Shown: piece by piece, positions 1 through 10,635 of the stretch
Position numbering within the stretch: the first letter of the stretch is position 1
Layout of the letters: each line of letters opens with the position of its first letter
From: an uncultured Bacilli bacterium
GTDB taxonomy: Bacteria > Bacillota_I > Bacilli_A > RF39 > UBA660
Length of the DNA stretch: 64,000 bases
Assembly: GCA_910587065.1 (NCBI GenBank)
Contig: CAJUMA010000003.1
Coordinates: 92,602 to 156,601, forward strand
Direction: 5' to 3'
Position numbers and translations under genes: made by a program
Notes under the pieces: model-generated
Told to the model about the DNA's origin: nothing
Seen by the model: only the letters and a program-made list of their open reading frames with translations
Databases searched by the model: none

Positions 1-989
1 AATTATTAGACGAGGATATTGCCTACATCTCTGGTGGAAATGTCTACTTTGATATATCCCGTGTAAAAAACTATTATTGTCTAACAAATAATAGTCAAGA
101 AGATAAGATGGTTGTTGGGGTAAGAGAAGGCGTTGATTTTGATAATAATAAAAGAAATCAAGCTGATTTTGCTCTATGGTTTACAACATCTAAATTTGAG
201 AATCATGAAATGTTATGGGATTCACCATTCGGTACAGGTTACCCTGGTTGGCATATTGAATGTTCTGGTATTTCAATTAAACATTTAGGGGAGTACTTAG
301 ATATTCATGGTGGTGGAGTTGATAACATTTTTCCTCATCATACAAATGAAATTGCCCAAAGTGAAGCCTATTTAGGACACAAATGGTGTAATTATTGGTT
401 TCATAATGAGCATTTATTAGATGATACTGGTAAAATGAGCAAATCTAATGGTGAATTTTTAACAGTATCTCTTTTAAAAGATAAAGGATACGATCCAATA
501 AGTTTTAGGTTCCTATGTTTAAATAGTCATTATCGCAAGCAATTACTATTTTCTTATGAAGCACTTAATCAAGCTGAAACAACATTAAAAAAACTACGAA
601 ATAAGATTGCTAATATAAAAGATGATGGTAATTTTTGGGAAGAAGTATTTAAAAAATACACAGAATCCTTTAAGCTTGCTTTAGAACAAGATCTAAATAC
701 CGCAAATGCAATATCAATTCTTTATGATTTATTAAAAGATAATGAAGTAAACGGTCATACTAAATTAGAATTAATAAAATCATTTGATCAAGTGCTAGCA
801 GTAGAATTAATAAGGGAAAAAGTCGAAGTTGAAGCGAACGAAGATATTTTAAAATTAATCGAGGCAAGAAATGAAGCTAGGAAAAAGAAGGATTTTGAAT
901 TAGCAGACTCTATAAGAGATGATTTATATAAAAAAGGAATAGAATTGATTGACACAAGAGAAGGAACAACTTATAAAATAGTTGGTTAA
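1..989 (+). CDS. cysS: cysteine--tRNA ligase, C-terminal portion (5' end lies upstream of window)
   Basis: Reading frame open from the window edge. Class I aaRS KMSKS motif (GKMSKSNG) and HIECSG zinc-site motif are present, with a helical anticodon-binding C-terminus. Stop codon at 987-989. Confidence 0.85.
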   Translation, partial: LLDEDIAYISGGNVYFDISRVKNYYCLTNNSQEDKMVVGVREGVDFDNNKRNQADFALWFTTSKFENHEMLWDSPFGTGYPGWHIECSGISIKHLGEYLDIHGGGVDNIFPHHTNEIAQSEAYLGHKWCNYWFHNEHLLDDTGKMSKSNGEFLTVSLLKDKGYDPISFRFLCLNSHYRKQLLFSYEALNQAETTLKKLRNKIANIKDDGNFWEEVFKKYTESFKLALEQDLNTANAISILYDLLKDNEVNGHTKLELIKSFDQVLAVELIREKVEVEANEDILKLIEARNEARKKKDFELADSIRDDLYKKGIELIDTREGTTYKIVG

Positions 990-1040
990 TAATTAACACA
1001 AAATTCACAAATATGTGTTATATTGGAGATGGTGAAGAAA

Positions 1041-1709
1041 ATGGATATACTATTTATATACTTATTGCTATTAATAATTCCAGCCCTTGCTTCTTTTAAT
1101 ATTAATAGAAATTACCGAAAATACAAGGAAATATCTTTAGATAAAAAGCTAAGTGGATTTGAGGTTGCAAGAAAAATACTAGATGAGAATGGTCTTAATG
1201 ATATTTACATTGTTGAAGTTCCCGGAAATTTAACTGATTGTTATGATCCAACAAGGAAGACAGTAAAATTAAGCACTGATATATTCCATGGAGAATCAAT
1301 TGCAGCAGCAGCTGTTGCTGCTCATGAATGTGGACATGCTATACAAGACAAAGAAGGTTATTTTTGGATGATACTACGTAGCTTAATATTTCCAATTGTT
1401 TCTATTGCCAATAAGATTGCCTATGGAACCCTAATTTTTGGTTTTATTCTACAAGCATTTGATTTAATAATGATTTCTGTTATTTTAACTACGGCTAGTT
1501 TAGCCTTCCAATTAATAACATTACCAGTTGAATTTGATGCATCTAGAAGAGCTAACAATAATCTAGAAAAAATGGGTATAATTGAAGAAATTGAATTAGA
1601 TGGAACGAAACGTGTACTTAAAAGTGCAGCAATGACTTACGTAGCAGGAGTTTTAACAACTTTACTTCAAATGCTATATTATTTAATGGCATTTAAAGAT
1701 CATGATTAA
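1041..1709 (+). CDS. membrane zinc metallopeptidase (YugP-like, HExxH)
   Basis: N-terminal hydrophobic helix. Conserved block EVARKILDENGL...VPGNLTDCYDP...VAAHECGHAIQD contains an HExxH motif, followed by C-terminal TM helices. The ORF track starts at an upstream TTG (1023); ATG 1041 is preferred. Confidence 0.65.
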   Translation: MDILFIYLLLLIIPALASFNINRNYRKYKEISLDKKLSGFEVARKILDENGLNDIYIVEVPGNLTDCYDPTRKTVKLSTDIFHGESIAAAAVAAHECGHAIQDKEGYFWMILRSLIFPIVSIANKIAYGTLIFGFILQAFDLIMISVILTTASLAFQLITLPVEFDASRRANNNLEKMGIIEEIELDGTKRVLKSAAMTYVAGVLTTLLQMLYYLMAFKDHD

Positions 1710-1778
1710 AGGATATATTTTATCCTTTTCTTTTTATTTTTCTTAAGTTATAATATGTACTCGGAGGGAAGTGTAAAT

Positions 1779-3293
1779 ATGACTTTAGAAGAAATTTTAG
1801 CAAATGACGTACCAATTAATAACGAGATATTAGAAAAAAATAAGATAACTCTTGCATATATTAAGGAGAACTGTCGTGAACTGTCTTTAATAAATAGGGA
1901 AAAATTTTTAGAAGTCTTAAAAATATTTGAAGAAAAAAAGTGTAAAAATAATACGGTTGACTTTCAACTTAAGTTTATCATTATGTCAACACTTATTTAC
2001 TTAAATGAGTTTAAAAGTGCTTATGAATACGCTGACTTTTTATTCAAAAATGATTCCAAAAATAGAAAAGATTATGTAGTGTATTTACTTATTTTAAGTG
2101 ATATTTTATCATTTGATCAAAATCCTAATTTATTAAAGCAAAATATTTATGTAAGCAGATTTGATGAAAATTACCAAGACATAGCGTTACAAAATCAAAT
2201 AAGAGAGGCTATTGAAAAAAGAGAATATATTTATGCGAGGAGTTTATGCCAACATTTATATAAAAGAGGCTCAATTGATCCATCTAGTGCTGTTATAAGA
2301 GTTTTGATTAATGCAGCTGTAAGGAATATAAATGAAAATGTTAAAGAAGCAATAAAAGTTTTAGACTATAGAACAATTGAGGCCTTTTTAGATCTTAAGA
2401 AGAGCAATATTAAAAATGCTGAAGATTTTGAAAAACTTTATGCTATGCTATGCAATGTTTTAGATGGAATACCACTAAACGTAAAGGTTTTACCAAGCCA
2501 ATATGACATTCATGACATAATAGAAGCTCAGGATATAGATAAAATAGCTTCTACTAACCATCATGAAGTAATTTCTTCTTTTATTGAAAAAATAAAAGAA
2601 GAAAGACAAAGAAATATTGAAAATGATTATAAAGGTGAACTAAGTTTTTATCTTGATGGTGTAATAGAAGATATTTATAATAATATTATCAACGGCGATA
2701 TTGAATCGGCAAGTGATTTAATTTGGTCCTATTTAGAAGCCATAAAAAAAGATCACTGGATTTTCTATTTTCTAAATAGATTAGATGAACTAGATAATAA
2801 AAAAGATACTTTAACTGATGAATATATTACTTCATCACTTGCTAAAATATTTGATGAATTAATTGCTGTTGCCATAACAAAAACAGAAAAATCAGACAAT
2901 TGTTTAATAGAAAAATATATGGGAGAAACAAAAGAGAATACTGGTCAAGATAAAGAAGATAATTTTGATTTTGAATACAACTATCAAATACCTTATATAG
3001 AAAGTGTTATCGAAAGTATCCATAATGGTACAATATCATATGAAAACTATGCTAAAAAAGAATTTTTTTCCGAAGATGATTTATTTACTATAGTTATAAT
3101 GGCTCGTGAAAATTACCGTTATAGAAATTATAAATTGGGCGATCTTTTAATAAGTATTGTAAGAAACTTAATTTATGGAAAAGAAAAATATCCTGAACTT
3201 ATCTCATTTATAAATGCTGTTGAAAAGAATAAGGGTAAAATAAATGCCGAAACACCATTTATTAAAGAAGTAAAGACACTAATCCAAAAATAG
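1779..3293 (+). CDS. hypothetical protein (helical, ~504 aa)
   Basis: Long ORF with GGAGGG RBS 5 nt upstream of ATG 1779. No recognisable motif. The ORF track extends to an upstream non-ATG start at 1755. Confidence 0.5.
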   Translation: MTLEEILANDVPINNEILEKNKITLAYIKENCRELSLINREKFLEVLKIFEEKKCKNNTVDFQLKFIIMSTLIYLNEFKSAYEYADFLFKNDSKNRKDYVVYLLILSDILSFDQNPNLLKQNIYVSRFDENYQDIALQNQIREAIEKREYIYARSLCQHLYKRGSIDPSSAVIRVLINAAVRNINENVKEAIKVLDYRTIEAFLDLKKSNIKNAEDFEKLYAMLCNVLDGIPLNVKVLPSQYDIHDIIEAQDIDKIASTNHHEVISSFIEKIKEERQRNIENDYKGELSFYLDGVIEDIYNNIINGDIESASDLIWSYLEAIKKDHWIFYFLNRLDELDNKKDTLTDEYITSSLAKIFDELIAVAITKTEKSDNCLIEKYMGETKENTGQDKEDNFDFEYNYQIPYIESVIESIHNGTISYENYAKKEFFSEDDLFTIVIMARENYRYRNYKLGDLLISIVRNLIYGKEKYPELISFINAVEKNKGKINAETPFIKEVKTLIQK

Positions 3294-3392
3294 TGCCTTT
3301 TTTTCATATATTGAGAGAAAAAGAGAATACTATTAGTGAAAAAAGGTTTTAAAAAATTAGATAATTTGATAATATATTAATAGAGGTGGAAG

Positions 3393-4925
3393 ATGAAAAA
3401 TATAAACAAGTTTATTAATAAAAACAGAACGACAATTCTTAGAATAATAGCAGTCTTAATTTTAGTAATTATTTTATTATTTGCTGTAAAATTTATTAGT
3501 ATGGCGACTCAGCCAAAGAAAGATCCGACTGTTTCTACGGCTTTCTTTATTAAAAATAAAGATGATAATTATGCCTTATTTAATGAAAAGGGAAAAAAAT
3601 TAACGGATTTTATATTTACATCAGTTGAAAATATTTATAATGGAGTTGCAAAAGTAACGGATAAAGATGGTAAAAGTGCCATAATAAACGAAAAGGGAAA
3701 ATATGTAGCCAAGCCAGGAAAGTATAATTCTATTACACAAAACGGTGGCTTATTTAAAGTAGAAGAAAAAGATAATGTATATAGTTTATTATCTTCCAGC
3801 GGGAAGAAAATTATTAAATCCACTAAATTCGATTTAAAAACTAATTCTTATTTATATGCTGCAACAATCGTATTAATTAAAGATAAATATGCCGTATATA
3901 CATATAATGGAAAAAAGGTTTATACGTTTAAAGTAAATAAAGATAAAGAAGAGCAAATTGCACCAACTTCTAGTAATTATCTAGATTATGTTTCGGTTTA
4001 CTATGATGGTTTAACTGTTATTTTTAATGCTAGAACTGGTAAGATAATTTCCAAAATAAAGGATGATGAACAGTATTGTGTAAGTTCTGCTAATGAATCT
4101 GGAAGTATCATAGCTTTAAATTCTTGCGTTGCTTGGTATGAAGCATCAGAAAATGTTAAATTTAAAGTAATTATAGACGGAAAAGTAAAAGATAAAAATG
4201 AAGAATGTGATTCTCTATACTTACTAAATGATAAATTAATTTGTACAAAAAATGAAGTAAGTCATCTTTTAGATACAAAACTAAATATTTTAGATGCTGA
4301 TTTAACAAAAATGACATATAAAAACACAAAATCTTACGCTGTTACTGTTGGAAATGATGTCCAAATATTAAAAAATAATAAGCCCATTTTAAAAATAGAG
4401 AATGCTATTTTAGCAGATAAAGGATACTCAAAAGAAGGTATTTATTTAGTTTACAAAGATAACGAATATACTTTTTACAATGAGTCAGGAAAAGAATTAT
4501 TTGGAAAAAAATATAAAAGTGCTTTAACATTTGATAGTAATGCCCTTGCTCTTGTAAGCGAAGATGATGAAAATTACTATTTCATTAATACCAAGGGTAA
4601 AAAAATAAGTGACTATATCAACACATCATACCAAATGGATGATTACTATATAGTAGAAAAAGATGGTAAAACAGGAGTAATGGATAAAAAAGGAAAAATA
4701 CTTATAGAAACTATTTATGAAGACATTGATATCAAAATTAATAATGAAAAATATTATGTTTATACAAGAAATGAAGATGAGCATAAATTATTTTCAATAG
4801 ATTCTAAAAAAGAGTTAATAAAATTTGATACAATACCATCATTCTATGAGCATTATATAACAATAGAAAAAGATGACAAAACCACATATTATACATATTC
4901 GGGTAAAAAAATATTTGAAGAGTAA
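3393..4925 (+). CDS. membrane-anchored protein with WG/KWG-like beta repeats
   Basis: N-terminal TM (ILRIIAVLILVIILLFAV). Recurring ~35-aa modules of the form G.a.v.dkdGK.aIIN.KGK.v (e.g. DGKSAIINEKGKYVAKPGKY; DGKTGVMDKKGKILIET). RBS AGAGGTGG. Confidence 0.55.
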   Translation: MKNINKFINKNRTTILRIIAVLILVIILLFAVKFISMATQPKKDPTVSTAFFIKNKDDNYALFNEKGKKLTDFIFTSVENIYNGVAKVTDKDGKSAIINEKGKYVAKPGKYNSITQNGGLFKVEEKDNVYSLLSSSGKKIIKSTKFDLKTNSYLYAATIVLIKDKYAVYTYNGKKVYTFKVNKDKEEQIAPTSSNYLDYVSVYYDGLTVIFNARTGKIISKIKDDEQYCVSSANESGSIIALNSCVAWYEASENVKFKVIIDGKVKDKNEECDSLYLLNDKLICTKNEVSHLLDTKLNILDADLTKMTYKNTKSYAVTVGNDVQILKNNKPILKIENAILADKGYSKEGIYLVYKDNEYTFYNESGKELFGKKYKSALTFDSNALALVSEDDENYYFINTKGKKISDYINTSYQMDDYYIVEKDGKTGVMDKKGKILIETIYEDIDIKINNEKYYVYTRNEDEHKLFSIDSKKELIKFDTIPSFYEHYITIEKDDKTTYYTYSGKKIFEE

Positions 4926-4932
4926 ATATTGA

Positions 4933-4966
4933 ATAAAAAAACTTATCTTTCAAAGATAAGTTTTTT
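4933..4966. terminator. bidirectional rho-independent terminator between convergent genes
   Basis: A7 run, then palindrome cttatcttt/aaagataag, then T6. Sits between the + strand repeat-protein gene and the - strand gerAB-like gene. Confidence 0.55.
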
Positions 4967-5887
4967 GTTGGATAACCATAATACTATTAAAACTCCAGAC
5001 AGTATAAATGGACTATATCTATATAGTAATAAAATAAATTCATAATGGTTATTCATATAAGTTGTAATAAATAATAATATTGGAATAACAATGTTAATAA
5101 CCCATTTGTTTTTAACATTGTTTTTTATTGAATTACCACATGATGCTAGGAGTATGAAAACATCAATTATCCACATATATGAAACTATATTCTCTATATT
5201 CTGTATTGCCGTAGTAAGACTAACTTCTTTTAATATTAAGTATTCAGGGTATCTAACAATACTGCTAACATTAGAACCTAAAATGCCAATGGCAAGCATT
5301 ATTATGATTCCCATAGTAAATGCTGATACAATATAAGTCTTATAAATGCTAATATCTTTAGTTTCACTGTTTCTTGTTAAGAATGTTGGAGTTACAGAGT
5401 AAAGGGCAAATTCTATAGCTGATATTAAAATACTTTTAATTGAAACATCAGTAAAATAAAAATTATCAAGGGTAAAATATCTTGCTAAAGAAAAGAAAGC
5501 AAAAATATAACATACTAGATTAAAGAATAAGAGTATACTAGATATTCTATATAGAACTATTTCTTTTTTATTTAACAAATATAGTAAGACCAAACAAAAA
5601 GGAAGTCCAATTAAAAGTTTTGGCATTTTTGTTAAATACATTGTTGAAATCATATTAATTAAAATTACTAGAGAAACAATAATTATACAGGAGTTTAGTA
5701 AAACATTAATAAATGAAGATTTCATTTCTAACTTCAATAAATATAGAAGAAAAACGCCAATAATAGTACCTAAAATAACTGAGATATAAGAATATTCGTG
5801 AGCATAAGATATAACTCTTGACAAACCAATACCCATAAACAATGCTCGAGTATTAAAATAATTTAACATGTTAAACTCTTTTTTCAT
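4943..5887 (-). CDS. spore germination protein, B-subunit-like (GerAB/GerKB family) integral membrane protein
   Basis: Polytopic membrane protein with about 8-9 TM helices. Last gene of a gerAA-gerAC operon, overlapping gerAC by 4 nt. Confidence 0.5.
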   Translation of the reverse strand: MKKEFNMLNYFNTRALFMGIGLSRVISYAHEYSYISVILGTIIGVFLLYLLKLEMKSSFINVLLNSCIIIVSLVILINMISTMYLTKMPKLLIGLPFCLVLLYLLNKKEIVLYRISSILLFFNLVCYIFAFFSLARYFTLDNFYFTDVSIKSILISAIEFALYSVTPTFLTRNSETKDISIYKTYIVSAFTMGIIIMLAIGILGSNVSSIVRYPEYLILKEVSLTTAIQNIENIVSYMWIIDVFILLASCGNSIKNNVKNKWVINIVIPILLFITTYMNNHYEFILLLYRYSPFILSGVLIVLWLSNKKLIFER

Positions 5888-6858
5888 TTTAGCAATAGTC
5901 CTTTCTTATAAATTGAGATATCAGCTTTAGCTTCATAATCGTAATCATTAAACATTTTATCTAATTTTTTATATTTATTTCTTATTAAAGTATTTATTCC
6001 TAAAATATCAGATTCATTCTCTTTGAGTGTTCCCATAAATTTATGAATATCTTCATTTAAATCTTTTTCGGCCATTCTTTCTAGTTTTTTTAGATCACTT
6101 ACCTTAGTAATATCTAAATCACAGTTCATTTCTTGAATACTTGTTTTCAATTTTACTTTAATTTTAATTTTAGCTTCTTCAATATTATACTTTGTGTCAA
6201 TTGAATCAATATTTATAATTGCATCTTTGTCACCACAATTTATATGTAAAATTCCATCATATTTGTTTTTCAGTACTTTAAAAATCTCTTCTTCTTTGCT
6301 TGAGAATTCTTCTTTTGGCTCAAGCATTTTATAAGCTTTAATTCCACCCATTTTTTTACCATCAAACATTGGTAAAGCAATATCTCTTAATTTATTAATA
6401 TATCCTTTCATTATTTCAAAAAAGGAACATAAATCATCATCCTCGATATTATTTTTTATAAGTTCACCAATATTAACTTCATCATCTTCATATATCTTTT
6501 CTGCATTAGTATAAACGAAAGCAAAATTATCATTAGTATCTGGATTCCTAAAAAAGTAATAAATTATATCTTCAACGTTAACATTATCAGTAATCATAAC
6601 TGCATTTATGTGTCTAAAGTAAAATTTTTGCTTACTCATTTCTTCAGCAATAGTAAATGACTCAGTTAAAGAGGTGCCAGAAGACTCAAAAACTTCAACT
6701 GTGTCTTCTTTGCTATATACCTCAACATTTACTTTGTAAGCATCATCTTTATAATCTATAAGTATTGATGAAACAACAGCCAATTCATCTAATTCGATAT
6801 AATTATAACAACCTGTTAACATAAATAAACAGAGTAACAAAATTAATATTTTTTTCAT
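5884..6858 (-). CDS. Ger(x)C family spore germination lipoprotein
   Basis: Lipoprotein signal with lipobox LTGC. N-terminal region YIELDELAVVSSILID matches the conserved Ger(x)C start (ELNELAIV..IGID-like). Overlaps gerAA by 4 nt. Confidence 0.7.
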   Translation of the reverse strand: MKKILILLLCLFMLTGCYNYIELDELAVVSSILIDYKDDAYKVNVEVYSKEDTVEVFESSGTSLTESFTIAEEMSKQKFYFRHINAVMITDNVNVEDIIYYFFRNPDTNDNFAFVYTNAEKIYEDDEVNIGELIKNNIEDDDLCSFFEIMKGYINKLRDIALPMFDGKKMGGIKAYKMLEPKEEFSSKEEEIFKVLKNKYDGILHINCGDKDAIINIDSIDTKYNIEEAKIKIKVKLKTSIQEMNCDLDITKVSDLKKLERMAEKDLNEDIHKFMGTLKENESDILGINTLIRNKYKKLDKMFNDYDYEAKADISIYKKGLLLK

Positions 6859-8234
6859 AATCTCCCCTTAATTCTATTATTACTTAGTAGTTTACTTCTT
6901 TTATTATTTTTCATTTTTATCAAAGTTTCTTTTAAATAAGTTAAATCAAAAGGTGTAATTGGATAAAGATAACTTTTTCCATCAATATCATAATTACATA
7001 AGTTAATAAATAAAAGAATTATAGAAATACCAACTCCATAAAGTCCAAAAATAGCTGCAATAAATAAGGATATAAATCGCCAATATCTTAAAGCATCAAT
7101 GATTTCAACATCAGTGAATATCATACTTGAGATAAATGTAATTGAAGCAACTATTATCATTATTGGTGATACTATACCAGCGGATACCGCTGCTTCCCCT
7201 AAAATCAAGGCTCCCAGAATAGATATAGCAGAACCGTAACTTGAAGGAAACCTTATATCACTTTCCCTTAGGATTTCACAAATTATTAGAGTTATTACAC
7301 ATTCCATAACGGCGGGAAATGGGACATCCATTCTTTGATTTTGTAAATTAATAAGAAGGCTAGTTGGTATAGTTTCTTGATTAATTGTTGTGACAGCCAC
7401 ATAGAATGCAGGAACAAAGATAGCGATAAAAAAACAAACAAGACGAAGTATTTTTATAAAATTAACAATGGCAGGCTTTGTGTATTTATCACTCATAGGA
7501 TTTATGAAATCGGCTAAGAATGTTGGAAGAATTAATGCATAAGGAGAATTATCTAGAAGAATTATTATTTTTCCATTAAGTAATGCATTTGCAATAACAT
7601 CAGGTCTTTCAGTAATCTTTATTCCTGGAAATACATTCTTCTTATCATTAACTAAATAAGGTTTTAATTCACCTACATCGGTAATTCCGTCAACATTTAT
7701 TCCATTAATTTTTTCAATTGTTGAGTTTACTAATTCGCTTTTTACAACACCTTTGATATAAAGAATAGAACACATTGTTTTAGTATACTTGCCAATATAA
7801 GATTGCGTATTTTTTAATTTGCTGCTTTTTATACGTCTCTTTATTAGGCCCAAATTAGTTTGATAATTTTCCACTAGTGATTCTTTAGGACCATACAAAG
7901 AAGCTTCTGTGGATGGAGTATCAATTGAACGATTTAAATTACTTTTGGTTTCTACGGCTATTATTTGTTTATCATTAAATATTATAGTAAAACCAGTATC
8001 TAAAAAGCTTGTTAAAGATTCGTAGGTTTTTATATCTTTAACATTAGGAGACGGAACTAAATTTTTTATATCTTTAGGAATTTTACTTTTAGGAATTATT
8101 TTTAAAATATAATCATTAATTTTATCTTGATCAGCTAGTGTCTCTAAATAAACAATTGTAATACCATTAATGGGTTTAATGACTAAATCACTTACTTCGA
8201 CATAATCTTTCTTTATTCTTTCTAAAAAGTTCAT
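6855..8234 (-). CDS. spore germination protein A-subunit (GerAA/GerKA family)
   Basis: Size ~459 aa. Soluble N-terminal domain followed by a C-terminal block of TM helices (VCFFIAIFVPAFYVAV..., IMIIVASITFISS...). First gene of the operon. Typical GerA-family architecture. Confidence 0.7.
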   Translation of the reverse strand: MNFLERIKKDYVEVSDLVIKPINGITIVYLETLADQDKINDYILKIIPKSKIPKDIKNLVPSPNVKDIKTYESLTSFLDTGFTIIFNDKQIIAVETKSNLNRSIDTPSTEASLYGPKESLVENYQTNLGLIKRRIKSSKLKNTQSYIGKYTKTMCSILYIKGVVKSELVNSTIEKINGINVDGITDVGELKPYLVNDKKNVFPGIKITERPDVIANALLNGKIIILLDNSPYALILPTFLADFINPMSDKYTKPAIVNFIKILRLVCFFIAIFVPAFYVAVTTINQETIPTSLLINLQNQRMDVPFPAVMECVITLIICEILRESDIRFPSSYGSAISILGALILGEAAVSAGIVSPIMIIVASITFISSMIFTDVEIIDALRYWRFISLFIAAIFGLYGVGISIILLFINLCNYDIDGKSYLYPITPFDLTYLKETLIKMKNNKRSKLLSNNRIKGRL

Positions 8235-8328
8235 CTTATCACCGTTAATATTGTAACCAACTATGATTTTGTTTATACAATTGTTTACAAACTAATTTTT
8301 TTTTCTTATAATCTAAATAGGTGATAAA

Positions 8329-9555
8329 ATGAAAAAAATGCTAGAAAACAAAATTGTGCAAATAGGAATTACAGCATTCTTTGTCATAGCGGCATGTATA
8401 TTATTTGGTTTTTGTTTATTTCATGTGAGTTATATTTTTGGTTTTCTAAAAACCTTAGTCCGTATATTAATGCCACTAATATATGGTTTAGTTCTTGCTT
8501 ATATTATGCATCCTTTAGTAAATCTTTTTGAACATAAAGTATTTAACAAAATAACCAAAAATACAACTAAAAGAAATTTAAGTATATTTTGTTCTTTTAT
8601 GATTATTGTTGGTATTTTAGTTACTCTAATTAGTTTCATAATTCCTCAATTACTTTTGAGTATTCAATCTATTATCATTAATGCTCCAGTCTATTTTAAT
8701 GATTTAGGAGAATGGTTAAAAAATACTTTTACAAATTCGGAAATGGAATCTAGCCTAATTGATAATTATAAAATAATAAGTGAATACTTAACTACAGCCT
8801 TAAATAATGTTGTGTTACCGATTGCTAATGGAGCATTGTCAAAACTAAGTAGTGGTATATTTGGTATAATATCGTTTATCTTTAATTTTGCTATCGGACT
8901 TGTTTTTGCTATTTATATACTAGCTAATACAAAGACTTTCAGTGCTGGTATTAGAAAGAACTTATATTCAATCTTTGATGTTAACAAAGTAAACGGCTTT
9001 ATTGATGAAGTACAACATATTAATCATGTTTTTGGACAATTTATGATAGGCAAGATATGTGATTCAGGTACAGTTGGATTATGTACATTATTATTCCTTA
9101 TAATATTTAAATATCCTTACCCATTACTTATAGCAGTAATTATCTGTCTTACTGATTTAATTCCTTATTTTGGACCATATATTGGATCTGTTCCTTCCGT
9201 TTTACTTATTCTACTAGTAGACCCAGTTAAAGCAGTAACATTTATTTTATTCATGGTAATTTTACAACAAATTGATGCAAATTTAATTACTCCAAGAATT
9301 CAAAAGCAAGCTACTGGATTACCATCTTTTTGGGTATTATTTGCCATTACTTTATTTGGTGGACTTTTTGGAATAATAGGAATGTTAATAGGCGTTCCAT
9401 GTTTCACGATTATTTATGAATTATTTAATGAATTTACTGATAAGCGATTAAAAAAGAAAAATTTACCAATGGAAACAGAGTACTATACTAAAGTAGATAT
9501 GGTTGAAGAACGTGTTGTTACGGCTAAACTAAATAAAAAGAATCTTGGAAAATAG
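8329..9555 (+). CDS. AI-2E family transporter (UPF0118/PerM-like)
   Basis: About 8 TM helices. Conserved block LTDLIPYFGPYIGSVPSVLLIL is typical of AI-2E family proteins. RBS TAGGTGA. Confidence 0.7.
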   Translation: MKKMLENKIVQIGITAFFVIAACILFGFCLFHVSYIFGFLKTLVRILMPLIYGLVLAYIMHPLVNLFEHKVFNKITKNTTKRNLSIFCSFMIIVGILVTLISFIIPQLLLSIQSIIINAPVYFNDLGEWLKNTFTNSEMESSLIDNYKIISEYLTTALNNVVLPIANGALSKLSSGIFGIISFIFNFAIGLVFAIYILANTKTFSAGIRKNLYSIFDVNKVNGFIDEVQHINHVFGQFMIGKICDSGTVGLCTLLFLIIFKYPYPLLIAVIICLTDLIPYFGPYIGSVPSVLLILLVDPVKAVTFILFMVILQQIDANLITPRIQKQATGLPSFWVLFAITLFGGLFGIIGMLIGVPCFTIIYELFNEFTDKRLKKKNLPMETEYYTKVDMVEERVVTAKLNKKNLGK

Positions 9556-9586
9556 ATTCTTTTTTCTATCATTTTCTTTGCTTATT

Positions 9587-9595
9587 TGCTATAAT
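9587..9595 (+). promoter_or_regulatory. extended -10 element (TGcTATAAT) upstream of rlmN
   Basis: tgctataat lies 18 nt upstream of the rlmN ATG. Confidence 0.4.
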
Positions 9596-9612
9596 GGTAA
9601 TAGGGTGAAAAT

Positions 9613-10635
9613 ATGGACTGTATATTTGATTATAAATTATCTGATATGCAAGAATATTTTGCTTCAATTGGAGAAAAAAAGTATAAAGCTAAGCAGATTT
9701 TTGAGTGGCTTTATAAAAAAAGAGTATATAATTTCTCTGATATGAGTAATATAGGTCGGGCATTACAAGAGAAACTTGAATCCACATTTGATACATCAAT
9801 GCTAAAACAAGTTCGTAAACAAACTAGTAAGTTAACTAATAAGTACTTATTTGAACTTAGTGATGGAAATTTGATTGAGGCAGTATTAATGCGACATGAT
9901 TATGGATTAAGTGTCTGTGTATCTAGCCAAGTTGGTTGCAACATGGGATGTACTTTTTGTGAATCAGGAAGACTTAAAAAAGTAAGAGACCTAACCTCTG
10001 GGGAGATAGTAAGACAAATACTCATGATTGAAAATGATATACGAGAACGTATCTCATCAGTAGTAGTTATGGGAATTGGCGAACCATTTGATAACTACAA
10101 CAATATAATGGATTTTATTAGGATAATAAATGATCCCTTAGGTATTGCCATTGGTGCAAGACACATTACAGTATCAACTAGTGGTATTGTACCAAGAATT
10201 TACGACTATGCTAACGAGAATATTCAAACAAATTTAGCTTTATCATTACACGCACCTAATAATGTGCTTAGAAATAAAATAATGAAAGTTAATAAAGCCT
10301 ACCCATTAGAAGATGTATTTAAGGCTCTTAGGTACTATATTGAAAAGACAAATAGAAGAGTAACTATTGAATATCTCTTATTAAATGGGGTAAATGATTC
10401 AATTGATCAAGCTAAAGAACTTGCTCATTTAATAAAAGGAATTAATGTTTACGTAAATTTAATACCCTATAATGAAACAAGTCATATTGAATATAAAAAG
10501 AGTAGCAATGAAACAATTATGAATTTTTATGACACTTTAAAAAAGTTAGGAATTAACGTAACTGTAAGACGTGAGTTTGGTGGAAACATAGATGCAGCTT
10601 GTGGACAGTTACGAGCTAGTGAGGTGGAAAAATGA
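9613..10635 (+). CDS. rlmN: 23S rRNA (adenine2503-C2)-methyltransferase, radical SAM
   Basis: Radical-SAM CxxxCxxC as [12 protein letters not shown]. Conserved RlmN N-terminus ([11 protein letters not shown]) and C-terminal ...DAACGQL. Confidence 0.9.
   Translation: MDCIFDYKLSDMQEYFASIGEKKYKAKQIFEWLYKKRVYNFSDMSNIGRALQEKLESTFDTSMLKQVRKQTSKLTNKYLFELSDGNLIEAVLMRHDYGLSVCVSSQVGCNMGCTFCESGRLKKVRDLTSGEIVRQILMIENDIRERISSVVVMGIGEPFDNYNNIMDFIRIINDPLGIAIGARHITVSTSGIVPRIYDYANENIQTNLALSLHAPNNVLRNKIMKVNKAYPLEDVFKALRYYIEKTNRRVTIEYLLLNGVNDSIDQAKELAHLIKGINVYVNLIPYNETSHIEYKKSSNETIMNFYDTLKKLGINVTVRREFGGNIDAACGQLRASEVEK

Noticed and set aside
3635-3823. 62-aa minus-strand ORF inside the WG-repeat gene
   Set aside because: Fully nested antisense within a well-supported + strand CDS. 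Low-complexity translation and no RBS.
5091-5336. 81-aa + strand ORF antisense to the gerAB-like gene
   Set aside because: Nested in a membrane-protein gene on the opposite strand. Typical antisense artefact of AT-rich hydrophobic codons.
8291-8312. T9 homopolymer in the promoter spacer of the AI-2E transporter gene, with a similar T10 tract at 20457-20466 upstream of the DUF2974 gene
   Set aside because: Short T and A runs are ubiquitous in intergenic DNA of this ~70% AT genome, and spacer lengths are already near canonical. Much weaker candidates for slippage than the A18 tract.
9545-9745. 66-aa + strand ORF overlapping the rlmN start
   Set aside because: Out of frame with rlmN, which has strong motif support. 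No RBS.
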